Of a DNA stretch of 64,000 nucleotides, positions 63,996 through 64,000 are shown in pieces; positions within the stretch are counted from its first letter, which is position 1, and every line of letters starts with the position of its first letter. Source of the stretch: Bacilli bacterium (lineage in GTDB: Bacteria; Bacillota_I; Bacilli_A; RF39; UBA660); contig JAQWBL010000003.1 of assembly GCA_028706395.1 (NCBI GenBank), positions 14,039-78,038 of the forward strand, given 5' to 3'. The notes under the pieces were generated by a model. It ran no database searches. It was not told where the DNA came from and saw only the letters and a program-made list of their open reading frames with translations. The position numbers and the translations under genes are program-made.

Positions 63996-64000
63996 TTAAC

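Noticed and set aside
1-64000. CRISPR array, rRNA operon, IS element or intact prophage
   Set aside because: No regularly spaced short repeats and no non-coding stretch longer than about 0.8 kb. I saw no transposase, integrase or 16S/23S-like sequence. The only repeats are the 14-bp pair at tRNA-His and the intragenic LysM repeats.

Overview
Very AT-rich chromosomal window (by eye well below about 35 % G+C, not computed) from an endospore-forming low-GC Firmicute. Gene order repeatedly mirrors Bacillus subtilis blocks: ecfA-ecfA'-ecfT-truA / rplM-rpsI-cwlD, spoIID-spoIIQ-spoIIID-mbl, fba-murA-rpmE, dnaB-rplI, yvcK-whiA, walJ-rlmH and rimI-tsaD. The genetic code is standard: TGA is a real stop at 34205-34207 and 38090-38092, and tRNA-Trp carries anticodon CCA. 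I call about 77 protein genes or pseudogenes, 2 tRNAs (His-GTG, Trp-CCA), many hairpin terminators and several sigma-A-like promoters. There is no rRNA, no CRISPR array and no intact integrase or transposase. Content falls into three groups: (a) translation, replication and envelope housekeeping (typA, ddl, tagO, mbl, hisS, asnS, trpS, rpsI, rplM, rplI, rpmE, dnaB, murA, fba, ltaS-like, DUF368, tsaD, rimI); (b) a ribose operon rbsKDACB; (c) a dense sporulation and germination set (cotJ(A)B-cotJC, spoIID, spoIIQ, spoIIID, spoIIR, cwlD, a cwlJ/sleB-like gene, a gerK-type A-C-B receptor operon, cotY/Z-like, DUF421, a YjcZ-like micro-ORF). Most noteworthy is a heliorhodopsin gene inside a roughly 1.75-kb cassette. 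The cassette is bracketed by a 14-bp direct repeat that overlaps the 3' end of tRNA-His, carries a decayed XRE repressor remnant, and has what looks like the displaced original tRNA terminator just outside it. This looks like a fossil tRNA-targeted integrative element. Other second-look items: an Abi_2/HEPN gene wedged between cwlD and htrA; a two-gene insert splitting truA from rplM; a helicase-IV-like protein with a nuclease-like insert and zinc ribbons; a stand-alone GlmU acetyltransferase domain in the yvcJ slot next to yvcK/glmR; and single-base lesions (in-frame TGA, missing canonical start, TAA in the HTH). All family assignments come from motif recognition by eye. No database search was run.
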